From assembly GCA_964565195.1 (NCBI GenBank), contig CAZMCQ010000001.1, positions 133,309 to 194,962 of the forward strand: 61,654 nucleotides of DNA, given 5' to 3'. Position numbers and translations under genes: made by a program. Under the pieces are notes generated by a model. That model was not told the DNA's origin and did not search any database. It was given only the letters and a program-made list of their open reading frames with translations. The first letter of the stretch is position 1. Each line of letters opens with the position of its first letter. Of the stretch, positions 1 to 9,484 are shown piece after piece. The stretch comes from an uncultured Candidatus Saccharibacteria bacterium (GTDB taxonomy: Bacteria; Patescibacteriota; Doudnabacteria; UBA920; 2-01-FULL-46-14).

Positions 1-1014
1 GGCGCCGGTCGAGGTCGGGCTGAGGATGTTCGTGCCAATGCTCTGCCAGGCGCCGTTAAACCCGGCGCCCTCGTCTGTGCCGCAGGCCAGGAGGCCCGCG
101 GAGTTGGTGTCAAGCGTGTTGCAGGAGACGAGCCCGTCCACCGTGAGGGCGCCGCCTAAGATGGCCGTGGCGCCCACCAGCCGCGTGGTGCCCACCACCC
201 CCAGGGTGGTCGAGGGCACGGCTGTGCCAATGCCCACGCGGCCCTCATTGGCATTGACCACCAAGGTCTCAGTGTCAATGACCAAAGACCCGGCATTGGT
301 CGTCGAGCTTGATTGGAAATTCAAAGTGTTGGCCGCAGAGCGGAAGATGTTGACGTCGCCGCCGAACACCAAACCTGTCGAGGATGCGGTCGCGCCACTA
401 AGTTGCGTCAGGCCACCAATGTACAAAGAGTCTGTCGTTGTCGCGGCATTGAAAGTGAGTCCGCCGGGCAGGGCCAGCACGCCTGAAGAGTTGATAACCG
501 GAATCTCGCCGGCCGCCGCCGTTTGCGACGCGCTAAAACCGCCGACTGTGCTCGCATTGATGGCAAAGCCGCTGGAAGTAATCTGTTGCCGCGGCGACAA
601 AGTTTCATAGGTTGAGTTGTTGGAAGAAACTTTGACCTGAAGATAGACGGTGTCGTTGTCATTGAAATTGTAAGTCAGCGCGTCCGTATCGCTGCCGATG
701 CTTACGTTGAATACGCCTTCCGTAACTGTAAGGGTGGTTGTCGCTCCGGTTGAGCTAGATGGCCAAAGTTTGGTTCCCGAGCCGACCGTGGCGTTTGTCC
801 AAATCGAAAACTTGAAATAATACGTGCCGGTTAAAAGCGAACCGGAACTATCCGTGAGCCGCCCCTGATAGCTGATGATCTCCGGCACGCCAGTCGTGGC
901 CTGCGCTTCCTGCTTCTGGAGAACCAGCAGCGACAAAACAAAAAGCAAACCGAAAATTCCGGCAAGGACGGCGATAAATTTTTTTATTGATTTGAATTTT
1001 TGTTTTTGTCTCAT
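1..1014 (-). CDS. Large secreted/surface protein, N-terminal part (runs off the left edge); tail-fibre/adhesin-like CPR giant protein
   Basis: Open frame from ATG at 1014 to the edge, missed by the ORF track. MRQKQKFKSIKKFIAVLAGIFGLLFVLSLLVL signal anchor, then VPEIISYQGRLTDSSG..YFKFSIW and ETLSPRQQITSSGFA motifs; later RVGIGTAVPSTTLGVVG and G/T/S-rich sequence. Confidence 0.75.
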   Translation of the reverse strand, partial: MRQKQKFKSIKKFIAVLAGIFGLLFVLSLLVLQKQEAQATTGVPEIISYQGRLTDSSGSLLTGTYYFKFSIWTNATVGSGTKLWPSSSTGATTTLTVTEGVFNVSIGSDTDALTYNFNDNDTVYLQVKVSSNNSTYETLSPRQQITSSGFAINASTVGGFSASQTAAAGEIPVINSSGVLALPGGLTFNAATTTDSLYIGGLTQLSGATASSTGLVFGGDVNIFRSAANTLNFQSSSTTNAGSLVIDTETLVVNANEGRVGIGTAVPSTTLGVVGTTRLVGATAILGGALTVDGLVSCNTLDTNSAGLLACGTDEGAGFNGAWQSIGTNILSPTSTGA

Positions 1015-1019
1015 CCGTA

Positions 1020-1199
1020 CTAACTGCTCATAAGCTTTTGAATCAATTCTTTTTTGTATCTTCGGTCTTTTCGTTTGCCTATCCGAATAACTTTAATCAA
1101 TCCTTCCTTTTCCCAATTCCGAAGGGTATTTGGATGCACGTTCAAAAGGTGGGTCGCATCGCGAATCGTCAGAAGCTCTGGTAATTCTTCAAAAGTCAT
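1020..1199 (-). CDS. Small MerR/excisionase-like helix-turn-helix protein (59 aa)
   Basis: Manual translation: MTFEELPELLTIRDATHLLNVHPNTLRNWEKEGLIKVIRIGKRKDRRYKKELIQKLMSS. LTI.DA..LL.VHPNTLRNWE..G is a typical HTH_17/MerR pattern. Ends 5 nt before the surface-protein start. Confidence 0.85.
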   Translation of the reverse strand: MTFEELPELLTIRDATHLLNVHPNTLRNWEKEGLIKVIRIGKRKDRRYKKELIQKLMSS

Positions 1200-1327
1200 A
1201 CCAAAAACCTAGCCGCGGATTTTCGAGCTCGCCTAGACGGTTTCTATTCGATTTTGCTTTTGTTTCTCCCTATTTTCTATTTTTGTTTCGAGTAACGTAC
1301 CAAAACTTAACATTACTCTATAATCTA

Positions 1328-1885
1328 TTATACCAGATATTTTGAATTTTGTAAAGTCGGTTGGAAATAATCAATCAGGAGATACTTCAGGCGCTCCGCT
1401 GGTGGCTGCGGCGCTAATTTTTTTTCATCAAGTTCCCGATAGATGTACCGCGCCCCCGAAGCACCAAGCAACACGTCAGTGCCCAGTCCATCATTGGCCA
1501 GAACCTGGCTTTCCATCAAATTCAATTCAAAACTTTTCGGCTGAAGGCGTTCGTAAACCAACTCCACGACTCTCCCCTGCCCCACAAATCCCGGGGTCGG
1601 CAAACCGCAGGAAACGATTACTCTCCCCTGCCCGTTGTCAATAATTTTTTCAATAAACAAATTTTGGTCGCAAAAAGAATTGATAGTTTTGATCCCGAGA
1701 ATTTTCACGGCGGTCGGATCGAAAATAACTATCGTTCGCACCGCGTTGACGGCTATTTCCGGTGAAGAAATTTTCACGATAATTTCGTTTTCGGAAATGG
1801 CCAATGACAAAATCGCGCCCGCAAGCGCTTGCGCCGGGCTCGTTATCAAAACAAACATAAAAATTATTAGGAATAAATTTTTCAT
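1328..1885 (-). CDS. Secreted cohesin-domain protein
   Basis: Signal peptide MKNLFLIIFMFVLITSPAQALA (ATG 1885); beta-sandwich pattern ending in SQVLANDGLGTDVL, typical of CPR cohesin domains. Confidence 0.65.
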   Translation of the reverse strand: MKNLFLIIFMFVLITSPAQALAGAILSLAISENEIIVKISSPEIAVNAVRTIVIFDPTAVKILGIKTINSFCDQNLFIEKIIDNGQGRVIVSCGLPTPGFVGQGRVVELVYERLQPKSFELNLMESQVLANDGLGTDVLLGASGARYIYRELDEKKLAPQPPAERLKYLLIDYFQPTLQNSKYLV

Positions 1886-1979
1886 CGTGGAAATAAAAAA
1901 TTCGCGAACTGCGAATTTTTGTTTTTGTTTAGAATAAGGGGGTCCCCCGAAAAATCGCAAGATTTTTTGAGTTCTATTC

Positions 1980-2066
1980 TGGTGGGCGGTGAGGGACTTG
2001 CACCCCCGAAGACCAAAAGGTCGGCACGTTTACAGCGTGCTGGCTTTGCTGCTCACCCAACCGCCC
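1980..2066 (-). tRNA. tRNA-Tyr(GUA)
   Basis: Reverse complement GGGCGGTTGGGTGAGCAGCAAAGCCAGCACGCTGTAAACGTGC...CCGCCCACCA; anticodon GTA, long variable arm, CCA end. Confidence 0.93.
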
Positions 2067-2067
2067 G

Positions 2068-2142
2068 TGGAGCCGGAGAGAGGAATCGAACCCCCAACCT
2101 TTGCTTTACAAAAGCACTGCTCTACCGTTGAGCTACTCCGGC
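2068..2142 (-). tRNA. tRNA-Thr(UGU)
   Basis: Reverse complement GCCGGAGTAGCTCAACGGTAGAGCAGTGCTTTTGTAAAGCA...GGTTCGATTCC...CCGGCTCCA; anticodon TGT; 1 nt upstream of tRNA-Tyr. Confidence 0.95.
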
Positions 2143-2167
2143 GAAAAGATATCATACTCTTAAATTT

Positions 2168-2983
2168 TTAAAACTTCAACTGCATCAACTTCTCGCGCGC
2201 GAGGTGGTTCGTGGGCTCGAGCTGCAGGATTTTTTCCAAAATCAGCTCCGCCTCCTCGCGATCCTTCTTTTTCACGAGCGCCTCGGACAGCACCATCAGA
2301 AAATGCGTATTCTCCGGCTCGAGCTCCGCTGCCCGCCGGTAGTTCAGGATCGCTTCTTCCAGGTGCCGTTTGGCTTCGAGCGTAAGCCCGAGATTCAAAT
2401 AACGCGCGGCCACTTCGGGGGCAAGCGCGATGGCCTGCTCATAGGCCTCAATGGCCTGGTCATAAAGCTTCTGGGTATGCAGCGCCTGCCCCAGATTGGA
2501 AAAATAATTATCCGAGTCCGGAAATTGCCGCGCGAGATACCGGTAAGTTTCAATCGCATCATCGTGTTTCTTCTGAAGCATATAGAGTTTGCCCAAACCC
2601 TCATAGGCGCGACGGCTGTCCGGTTCTTTTTCAATGGCGCGGATGAACTGCCGCTCGGCTTCGTCAAAATCCCCGCGCGCGAGACTCGCCTCGCCTCCCG
2701 TGAGATACACATCCTGCGGGCGCTTCTTGGGCAAATGAATCCTGGGCAAATTCCTGGGCAGGCGCTCAAGCAGGCGGTACTTCGGGAGCCCCTTCACCTC
2801 CAACACAAAATGCCAGAGCTTTCGTGCCAAGCTTTGCAAAGCCGGCCAAAAACGGGATCGAACAAATTCCCGAAAATGCTCCGGCCACTCGGCGAGGTTG
2901 GTCTTCCCTGACCGGCGCAAGACAATGAAAATCATGCCTCCGATGGATAAAACAATAAGTAATGGAGAAAGAAATGACATCAC
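2168..2983 (-). CDS. Membrane-anchored tetratricopeptide-repeat protein
   Basis: N-terminal hydrophobic helix; repeated TPR consensus (AYEGLGKLY, YFSNLGQAL, RYLNLGLTL). Confidence 0.85.
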   Translation of the reverse strand: MMSFLSPLLIVLSIGGMIFIVLRRSGKTNLAEWPEHFREFVRSRFWPALQSLARKLWHFVLEVKGLPKYRLLERLPRNLPRIHLPKKRPQDVYLTGGEASLARGDFDEAERQFIRAIEKEPDSRRAYEGLGKLYMLQKKHDDAIETYRYLARQFPDSDNYFSNLGQALHTQKLYDQAIEAYEQAIALAPEVAARYLNLGLTLEAKRHLEEAILNYRRAAELEPENTHFLMVLSEALVKKKDREEAELILEKILQLEPTNHLAREKLMQLKF

Positions 2984-3441
2984 TCTCCCAAAACGTAGCG
3001 GGTAAACCGCCGAATTTGGATATTTTCGCCAATGATGGCAATCTTCTGGTTCACGAGGTCCTGAACTTTAATGCCGGGGTCGCGCAGGAAGGCCTGGGCG
3101 AGGAGTTCATTCACGTCCTGTGGCGCCTCGGCGGCAATGTGCAGCGCCAGCTCATGCACGAACTTTTTGAAATCTTCGTTCCGCGCCACAAAATCCGTCT
3201 CGCAGTTCACTTCCAGGATCACGCCGATCCGGCCGTCGTGAAGATAAGTGTCAATTAGCCCCGCTTGGGCCGCGCGTTCGGCTTTCTTCTGCGCTTTCTT
3301 AATTCCTTTTTGCTTCAGGATCTCAAGAGCTCTCTGAACATCACCGCCTGCCTCCGCCAACGCGGCTTTTGCGTCCATCATGCCCGCGCCCGTCTGGTCG
3401 CGCAGCATCTTAACATCTTTGGCGCTAATTTTTAGATTCAT
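2980..3441 (-). CDS. tsf: Elongation factor Ts, short form
   Basis: VKMLRDQTGAGMMDAKAAL, EVNCETDFVARN, GENIQIRRF; downstream of rpsB; ATG 3441. Confidence 0.95.
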   Translation of the reverse strand: MNLKISAKDVKMLRDQTGAGMMDAKAALAEAGGDVQRALEILKQKGIKKAQKKAERAAQAGLIDTYLHDGRIGVILEVNCETDFVARNEDFKKFVHELALHIAAEAPQDVNELLAQAFLRDPGIKVQDLVNQKIAIIGENIQIRRFTRYVLGE

Positions 3442-4177
3442 CTTGTTTCTCTTCAATAATGGGCGCGCCCGCCAAAGCGGGAGCGACGGCGGGATGATTT
3501 TTGCCGTCCACGATTGCTTCGCTTACGAGCTTGGCCATGAGCGCAATGGCCTTGATGGCGTCGTCATTGGACGGAATAGGATAATCAACCATCGCGAGAC
3601 TGGAATTGGTGTCCACGAGTCCGATCACCTTGATGCCCGTGGTATGCGCCTCTTTCACGGCGATCCTGTCATGCCCGACATCCACGACGAAGATCGCCTC
3701 GGGAAGTTTTTTCATGGTTTTGATACCTTCAAAAAGTTTTTCGAGCTTCTCGATTTCGCGTTCCATCAGCAGCCGCTCTTTTTTAATGTACTTCTGCGCG
3801 AGCTCCCCGCTCTCCTTGAGGCGGGCAAGCCGTTCCAATTTGCGGATCGTCTTCTGAATGGTTTTGTAATTGGTAAATGTCCCCCCTAACCAGCGGATCG
3901 TAACATAGGGCATGCCGCAAGCAGCGGCGGCTTTTTTTACTTCCTCCTTGGCCTGGCGCTTGGTGCCGACGAACAGGATCGTGCCGCCGCGTGCGGCGAT
4001 ACCGCGCGCGTAATCAAGCGCTTTTTGCAATTGCTCAAGCGTCTTTTCCAAATTGATGACGTGCACGCTGTTGCGCGTGGTGAAGATGTACTGCTTCATC
4101 TTCGGGTTCCAACGCGAAGAGAGGTGCCCAAAATGCACCCCCGCCTCCAGTAATTCTTCTATGGTTGGCTGACTCAT
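3425..4177 (-). CDS. rpsB: 30S ribosomal protein S2
   Basis: LLEAGVHFGH..RWNPKM, ILFVGTK, RWLGGTFTN, IPSNDDA; ATG 4177. Confidence 0.97.
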   Translation of the reverse strand: MSQPTIEELLEAGVHFGHLSSRWNPKMKQYIFTTRNSVHVINLEKTLEQLQKALDYARGIAARGGTILFVGTKRQAKEEVKKAAAACGMPYVTIRWLGGTFTNYKTIQKTIRKLERLARLKESGELAQKYIKKERLLMEREIEKLEKLFEGIKTMKKLPEAIFVVDVGHDRIAVKEAHTTGIKVIGLVDTNSSLAMVDYPIPSNDDAIKAIALMAKLVSEAIVDGKNHPAVAPALAGAPIIEEKQDESKN

Positions 4178-4297
4178 TGTCTCCCTTGGTACCTCTTCTT
4201 TCTTCAACTTGCTGATGATCCGCGCAAAGCTCGCAAGCTCGAGGCGGACAGGGTTCAACAATCGGAAAGAATGAGTGATTAAATTAAAGCAATATCA

Positions 4298-4348
4298 ATC
4301 TTACTGCAATCCCCGCCCCTTGTCAATCCTGCCAAAGTCTGTTATTAT
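4298..4348. promoter_or_regulatory. Back-to-back sigma70-type promoters for rpsB (-) and rpmE (+) with overlapping -35 boxes
   Basis: Minus: TTGACA(4326-4321)-17 nt-TAAGAT(4303-4298). Plus: TTGTCA(4320-4325)-17 nt-TATTAT(4343-4348). Confidence 0.6.
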
Positions 4349-4357
4349 TTCCAAGCA

Positions 4358-4636
4358 ATGAAGGAAAATATCCATCCAACCTATTTCGCGGACGCCAAAG
4401 TGATCTGCGTCTGCGGTAACACTTTCGAGACCGGCTCCACCAAGCAGGAGCTCCATGTTGAGATTTGCTCCAACTGCCACCCCTTCTACACCGGCAAACA
4501 AAAGCTCGTGGATACGGCCGGCCGCGTCGAGAAATTCCAGAAACGCGCGAGCGCGACAGTTCTGAAACGCATCTCCAAGAAAGCCAAACTGGCCAAAAAA
4601 GAGGCCAAACGCGCCGCCGCCAAAGTAGAAAAATAA
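4358..4636 (+). CDS. rpmE: 50S ribosomal protein L31, zinc-binding type
   Basis: [34 protein letters not shown]. Confidence 0.97.
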   Translation: MKENIHPTYFADAKVICVCGNTFETGSTKQELHVEICSNCHPFYTGKQKLVDTAGRVEKFQKRASATVLKRISKKAKLAKKEAKRAAAKVEK

Positions 4637-4637
4637 C

Positions 4638-4709
4638 CGAGTACGAACTACTAATCAGTGCGAACCTGCGAACGGGTTCGTAGATTCGTAAAAGTTCGTA
4701 GTTCGTACT
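4638..4709. repeat. Periodic inverted repeat (CGAA.../...TTCG units)
   Basis: gagtacgaactac..gcgaacctgcgaac gg gttcgtagattcgta..gttcgtagttcgtact forms an imperfect hairpin between rpmE and prfA. Confidence 0.6.
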
Positions 4710-4716
4710 TTGGCAT

Positions 4717-5811
4717 ATGAACAACCAATACAACGCCATTCTAAAAGAATACGCAGACACCCAAAGCCAGCTCGCCAGTACACGTGATCCGGCGAAATTG
4801 AAGCTGCTTGGCAAAAAGCAGGCCGAGCTGGCGCCGAAAGTGGAAAAAATAAACGAGCTTCTGACTTTGGAAAAGCAACTGGCTGAAAATGAGAAGCTCC
4901 TCGCCACTGAAAAAGACGAGGAATTACTAAAAATTGCCAGGGAAGAATGCGAAACTTTAAATTCCAAATTCCATATTCTCGATTCCGAACTAAAGAATCT
5001 ATTGTTGCCCCGCGATCCCATGGATGAGCATGACACGATTATGGAAATCCGTTCTGGCGCCGGCGGCGACGAGGCCGGCCTGTTTGCGGCCGAGCTTTTT
5101 CGCGCCTACCAAAAATACGCGGAGGGCATGAGCTGGAAAACGGGCTTGATCTCCTCAAACCGCAGCGATGTCGGCGGCTTTAAAGAAATTATTTTTGAAG
5201 TCTCCTCTTCCCCTTCCTCTCCCCTCGCGGGAGAGGGCAGGGTGAGGGGGGTATACGGCAAATTGAAGTATGAATCCGGCGTGCACCGCGTGCAGCGCGT
5301 CCCGGAAACCGAAAAAGCCGGCCGCGTGCACACCTCCACTGTTACCGTGGCCGTGCTGCCGGAAGTGGAAGAAAAGGATGTTGAGATAAATCCAAAGGAT
5401 TTAAAGATCGAGGCATCCACTTCGCAAGGCGCGGGCGGGCAGTCAGTGAACACGACTTATTCGGCGATCAAAATCACGCATACCCCGACTGGCATCACGG
5501 CGCAGTCCCAGGATGAGCGCTCGCAGACCCAAAACCGCGAAAAAGCCCTGCAAGTGATCCGTGCGCGCGTTTACGAATACGAACAGCAAAAACGCCAGAA
5601 AGAACTGCGCGAAAAACGGCTCTCGCAGATTGGCACCGGCGACCGCTCGGAAAAGATCCGCACCTATAACTTCCCGCAGGACCGCGTCACTGACCACCGG
5701 ATCAATGAGTCCTGGAGCCAGATCAGCGCGATAATGGAAGGCAAACTGGAACCGATTATCAGCGCGCTCGCGGCGGAAGATAAAAAAAGAATTCTGGAGC
5801 AGGCAAAATGA
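4717..5811 (+). CDS. prfA: Peptide chain release factor 1 (with in-frame palindromic insertion)
   Basis: [35 protein letters not shown] (GGQ), [19 protein letters not shown]; followed by prmC. Confidence 0.97.
   Translation: MNNQYNAILKEYADTQSQLASTRDPAKLKLLGKKQAELAPKVEKINELLTLEKQLAENEKLLATEKDEELLKIAREECETLNSKFHILDSELKNLLLPRDPMDEHDTIMEIRSGAGGDEAGLFAAELFRAYQKYAEGMSWKTGLISSNRSDVGGFKEIIFEVSSSPSSPLAGEGRVRGVYGKLKYESGVHRVQRVPETEKAGRVHTSTVTVAVLPEVEEKDVEINPKDLKIEASTSQGAGGQSVNTTYSAIKITHTPTGITAQSQDERSQTQNREKALQVIRARVYEYEQQKRQKELREKRLSQIGTGDRSEKIRTYNFPQDRVTDHRINESWSQISAIMEGKLEPIISALAAEDKKRILEQAK
5205..5251. repeat. In-frame CCCCT...AGGGG palindromic element in prfA
   Basis: cccttcctctcccctcgcgggagagggcagggtgagggggg, read as [15 protein letters not shown]. 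Confidence 0.85.
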
Positions 5812-5883
5812 GATTGCTTCGCTGGCGCTCGCAAAGACTGTCATTGTGAGGACTCCGACCCAGGTCGGAGGACGAAGCAATCC
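5810..5883. repeat. REP-like palindrome (GATTGCTTC...GAAGCAATC family)
   Basis: gagattgcttcgct...gtcattgtgag...ccgacccaggtcgg...gacgaagcaatcc between prfA and prmC; related to 24148-24226. Confidence 0.75.
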
Positions 5884-5884
5884 C

Positions 5885-6850
5885 ATGACTATAAAAGAAG
5901 CTCTCAACTTGCCCAAAAACCTCGATCCTGAGGTTTTGTTGGCATTTGCACTAAAAAAGGACCAGTCCTTCCTTTTCGCCAATCCCGACAAAAATCTTCC
6001 TCCAATTCTTTATTCCAAATTCTTAATTCTTGTCCGGCGGCGAAGTCGCGGCTGGCCCGTCGCCTATCTCACCGGCCACAAAGAATTCTTCGGCCTGGAT
6101 TTCAGAGTCAGTCCCAATGTCTTGATCCCTCGCCCCGAAACCGAACTGCTCGTGGAGCTGGCCCTCGGACTTCTTTCACCCTCCCCTAACCCCTCCCCTC
6201 AAGGGAGGGGAAATAAAAAAAATAATTCCTCCCCCTTGAGGGGGGAGGCTAGGAGGGGGTGGAATGTAATCGACCTCGGCACTGGCTCCGGCAACATCAT
6301 CACCTCCCTCGCTGTCATTCTGGAGCGAAGCGATAGAATCCCGGATCTCAAATTCTTCGCCACCGACACTTCAACCGCGGCTCTCAAAGTCGCCAAAGCC
6401 AACGCCCGCCGCCACGGCGTCGCGAAAAAAATAAAATTTATTCAAGGCAACCTTCTCGCGCCTCTCACGTTGAACAATTCTATGGAATCGTTCCCAACGC
6501 TAATTATCGCCAATTTGCCATATCTGACCAAAAGCCAACTCCATGAGCCGTCCATCAGACACGAACCGAAATCAGCACTCTTTGGTGGCAAGGATGGTCT
6601 CAAATATTATCGCGAACTCTTCAAACAACTCACCCCCACCCAGCCTCCCCCCTCAAGGGGGAGGAAAAAAGAAAAAATTCCCCTCCCCTTGTGGGAGGGG
6701 CTGGGGGAGGGGTTTACCCTCCTTCTCGAACACGACCCCCGCCAAAAACCAAAATTAAAAGGCCTTGTGAAACTCTACCTCGCCGAAGCGAAAGTAAAAT
6801 TCCACAAGGACCTGTCTGGCCGCTTCCGCGTCGCGGAACTAAATTTTTGA
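5885..6850 (+). CDS. prmC: Release factor glutamine methyltransferase with several repeat-derived insertions
   Basis: PVAYLTGHKEFFGLDF, VLIPRPETELLV, IDLGTGSG, IIANLPY, EP..ALFGGKDGL..YR; adjacent to prfA. Confidence 0.95.
   Translation: MTIKEALNLPKNLDPEVLLAFALKKDQSFLFANPDKNLPPILYSKFLILVRRRSRGWPVAYLTGHKEFFGLDFRVSPNVLIPRPETELLVELALGLLSPSPNPSPQGRGNKKNNSSPLRGEARRGWNVIDLGTGSGNIITSLAVILERSDRIPDLKFFATDTSTAALKVAKANARRHGVAKKIKFIQGNLLAPLTLNNSMESFPTLIIANLPYLTKSQLHEPSIRHEPKSALFGGKDGLKYYRELFKQLTPTQPPPSRGRKKEKIPLPLWEGLGEGFTLLLEHDPRQKPKLKGLVKLYLAEAKVKFHKDLSGRFRVAELNF
6177..6262. repeat. In-frame double-hairpin CCCCT...AGGGG element in prmC
   Basis: ccctcccctaacccctcccctcaagggagggg-A-rich-tcctcccccttgaggggggaggctaggaggggg; peptide SPSPNPSPQGRGNKKNNSSPLRGEARRG. 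Confidence 0.85.
6632..6722. repeat. Second in-frame double-hairpin element in prmC
   Basis: cccccacccagcctcccccctcaagggggagg-A-rich-cccctccccttgtgggaggggctgggggagggg; peptide TPTQPPPSRGRKKEKIPLPLWEGLGEG. Confidence 0.85.
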
Positions 6851-6880
6851 CATTCCTGTCAATGCCTGCTAATGTAACTT

Positions 6881-7939
6881 ATGGACGCCAGATTTAGAGA
6901 AGGCCTCACTTTTGACGACGTACTCCTTGAGCCGCGCAATGCGGGAGTGGTCAGAAGCGGGGTCATTTTGAAATCCAAACTCACAAAAAAGTTATCACTT
7001 GATATCCCGATCCTTGCCGCGGCCATGGACCGCGTGAGCGGGCCGGAGATGGCTATCGCGCTTGGCAAACTCGGCGGTCTCGCTGTGCTGCATAGAAATT
7101 GTTCCATCAAAGAGCAACTGGCAATGGTCCAGAAAGTAAAAAGGGCGAAAGTGATGATTGCCACGGCCGTGGGGCCAGCTGATATGGAACGCGCGCTCGC
7201 GCTGGACAAGGCTGGAGTTCAAGCGATTGTCGTGGACACTGCGCACGGCCACAGTTTGCGCGCCGTCAAGAGTGCCAGAGAAATTAAACGCAGAATAAAA
7301 GCACAATTAATATTTGGAAATGTCGGGACTGCCGAAGGCGCGCGCGAGGCCGCGAAATTCGCGGACGCGATCAAGGTCGGGATTGGCCCAGGCTCGATCT
7401 GCACGACGCGCGTGGTGGCCGGTATCGGCGTTCCCCAGCTTACGGCTGTAATGGACTGTGTCGCTGTTGCCAGTAAATTTAAAATTCCGGTCATCGCGGA
7501 CGGCGGCATGCGCTACTCCGGCGACATTGTCAAGGCACTCGCTGCCGGCGCCTCCGCAGTAATGCTCGGAAGCATGCTCGCGGGCACAAAAGAAGCGCCC
7601 GGAAAATTAGTTAAGATCAAAGGCGAGCTCTACAAAGAATACCGCGGCATGGGCAGCTTCGGCGCCATGCAAAGCGGCAAATCTAGGGATCGTTACGAGC
7701 AGAAAAATTCCAAAGTGATCGTGCCGGAGGGCGTGGAAGCGCTTATTAAATACAAAGGTCCAGTCGCGGATGTAATATTTCAAATCATCGGCGGCCTGCG
7801 AAGCGGCATGAGCTACATCGGTGCCGAAACAATTGCCGCGATGCCGAAGCAGGCGCGCTTTATTCGCATTACGAACGCGGGATTGCGTGAAAGTCATCCT
7901 CATTCGATATTGATCAGTAAAAAAGCACCGAATTATTGA
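6881..7939 (+). CDS. guaB: IMP dehydrogenase lacking the CBS subdomain
   Basis: [59 protein letters not shown]; 352 aa; promoter TTGACA(6847)-17-TAATGT(6870). Confidence 0.93.
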   Translation: MDARFREGLTFDDVLLEPRNAGVVRSGVILKSKLTKKLSLDIPILAAAMDRVSGPEMAIALGKLGGLAVLHRNCSIKEQLAMVQKVKRAKVMIATAVGPADMERALALDKAGVQAIVVDTAHGHSLRAVKSAREIKRRIKAQLIFGNVGTAEGAREAAKFADAIKVGIGPGSICTTRVVAGIGVPQLTAVMDCVAVASKFKIPVIADGGMRYSGDIVKALAAGASAVMLGSMLAGTKEAPGKLVKIKGELYKEYRGMGSFGAMQSGKSRDRYEQKNSKVIVPEGVEALIKYKGPVADVIFQIIGGLRSGMSYIGAETIAAMPKQARFIRITNAGLRESHPHSILISKKAPNY

Positions 7940-7963
7940 ATAATGAAAAAATAAAAAATCAAA

Positions 7964-8338
7964 ATGGAAAATGACAAAGAAAAATTTAAAAATGAATTTA
8001 AGAAGAGATTATATAATTGGGTTCTTCGTTTAATTAAATTTATTGATAAATTACCAAAAGATAATGTCTGCAATGTTATTGGAAAACAATTATTGAGAAG
8101 TGGAACTAGCGTACTTGCTAATTACATCGAAGCTGGGGCGGCCAGTTCGAAGAAGGATTTTACTAATTTTTTTCACCATTCACTCAAATCGGCAAATGAA
8201 TCCAAAATGTGGTTAACTTTATTAAGAGATACGAACAAAGGCGATCCTAATGAATTGAAAGCATTACTAAACGAATTAGTGGAAATTGCAAACATTCTAG
8301 CTTCAAGTATTCTGACGCTTAAAGGAAAGAAATTTTGA
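7964..8338 (+). CDS. Four-helix-bundle protein (23S-IVP/TIGR02436-like), low GC
   Basis: IGKQLLRSGTSVLANYIEA..ASSKKDF...SLKSANESKMWL; flanked by AAAAT-type repeats on the left and ATTTT-type on the right. Confidence 0.9.
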   Translation: MENDKEKFKNEFKKRLYNWVLRLIKFIDKLPKDNVCNVIGKQLLRSGTSVLANYIEAGAASSKKDFTNFFHHSLKSANESKMWLTLLRDTNKGDPNELKALLNELVEIANILASSILTLKGKKF

Positions 8339-8389
8339 ATTTTTACATTGTAATTTTTATTTTTTATATTTAATTTTTAAATTAATCCC

Positions 8390-9385
8390 TTGCCCCGCAA
8401 AACTTCCATTCCTCGCGCGGAACTCCATACGCACCTCGGGTCCTCCGTGGACCCCGCGATCTTGTGGTCTATCGCGAGCCGGCAGGGCATCAAGCTGCCG
8501 ACGAAAAATTACTGGGACTTTGAGGATATGATCACCATGTCCGGCACGGAAAAAAACAAAAATGTTGATGAGATGCACGATAAATTTTTCTACTGGACCG
8601 AACTTATCCAGTCCTCGCCGGAAGCCATTCAGGAATCAGTCAAAAGCGTGATCGGCGGCGGCTACCGGAAGTGCAACATCGTCCTGCAGGAGCTGCGCTT
8701 CAACCCGATGTTTAGAAACCGCGGCGGCGAACGGGATCTGGACCATATCATTATGTCCGCCATCTGGGGCCTCGATCAGGCGATTCTGGAATATCCGCAG
8801 GTGAAAGGCGGGATTATTCTGATGGTGGAACGAACCCAATCGCTTGCTCAGGGGGAAATTATTTTCAACAAGGCGATTAAATACAAAAACCGCGGCATCG
8901 TCGGCGTGGACATCGCGGGGCCGCAGCGAAAAACGTTTTCCGTAAAAAACTACCGGCCGCTTTTTGAAAAGGCGCGAAGGGCCGGGCTGGGCATCACTGT
9001 CCACACCGGCGAGGAGGGAGATTTGGACGAAATGCGCTATATCGTGAGGCACATCAAACCCGAACGCATCGGCCACGGCGTCAAAGCGGCCAAAGACAAA
9101 TCGCTCATGGCCGATCTCGTAAAAAACAATATCATTCTGGAAATTTGTCCGACCTCCAATCTTCGGAACAGCGTCCTGAAAAATACCGGCGAGCTGAAAA
9201 ACGTGCTCCAGACTTTTCTCAAAAATAAAGTTAAATTCACCATCAACACCGACGGCCCGGAAATGTACCGCACCAACGTCCACAAAGAACAGGAGTTCCT
9301 GCGCAAAAACGGGATCCTGAATGCCAAACAGATCGCGCAGTGCAACCAGTGGGCGTTCGAAGCATCTTTTATAAAAAACGGCTAA
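8390..9385 (+). CDS. Adenosine/AMP deaminase family protein
   Basis: AELHTHL, GVDIAGP, TVHTGE, ERIGHG, EICPTSN, INTDGP amidohydrolase motifs; lies between guaB and guaA. Confidence 0.88.
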   Translation: MPRKTSIPRAELHTHLGSSVDPAILWSIASRQGIKLPTKNYWDFEDMITMSGTEKNKNVDEMHDKFFYWTELIQSSPEAIQESVKSVIGGGYRKCNIVLQELRFNPMFRNRGGERDLDHIIMSAIWGLDQAILEYPQVKGGIILMVERTQSLAQGEIIFNKAIKYKNRGIVGVDIAGPQRKTFSVKNYRPLFEKARRAGLGITVHTGEEGDLDEMRYIVRHIKPERIGHGVKAAKDKSLMADLVKNNIILEICPTSNLRNSVLKNTGELKNVLQTFLKNKVKFTINTDGPEMYRTNVHKEQEFLRKNGILNAKQIAQCNQWAFEASFIKNG

Positions 9386-9477
9386 TTTCTATTATATTTC
9401 GCGAAGCAAATTTCTATCAATTTCTTACGACAATAGAGATTAATTGAAACTCATAGAAATTAGATAGAAACTTTTTG
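9386..9477. repeat. AT-rich periodic palindrome (TTTCTAT.../...ATAGAAA family)
   Basis: tttctattatatttcgcgaagcaaatttctatcaatttc...gagattaattgaaactcatagaaattagatagaaac; same family as the two inserts in rsmA. Confidence 0.7.
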
Positions 9478-9484
9478 TAAGTTG

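Noticed and set aside
4178-4290. rpsB leader regulatory RNA
   Set aside because: The position and length are plausible, but I could not confirm the conserved structure by eye; it needs an Rfam search.
5809-7939. Genetic code 25 (UGA=Gly), as in Gracilibacteria/Absconditabacteria
   Set aside because: prfA, prmC and guaB end at TGA at their expected C-termini, and no conserved gene is interrupted by TGA.
7964-8338. Diversity-generating retroelement (four-helix bundle as Avd)
   Set aside because: No reverse transcriptase and no TR/VR pair with A-specific mismatches were seen in the window.
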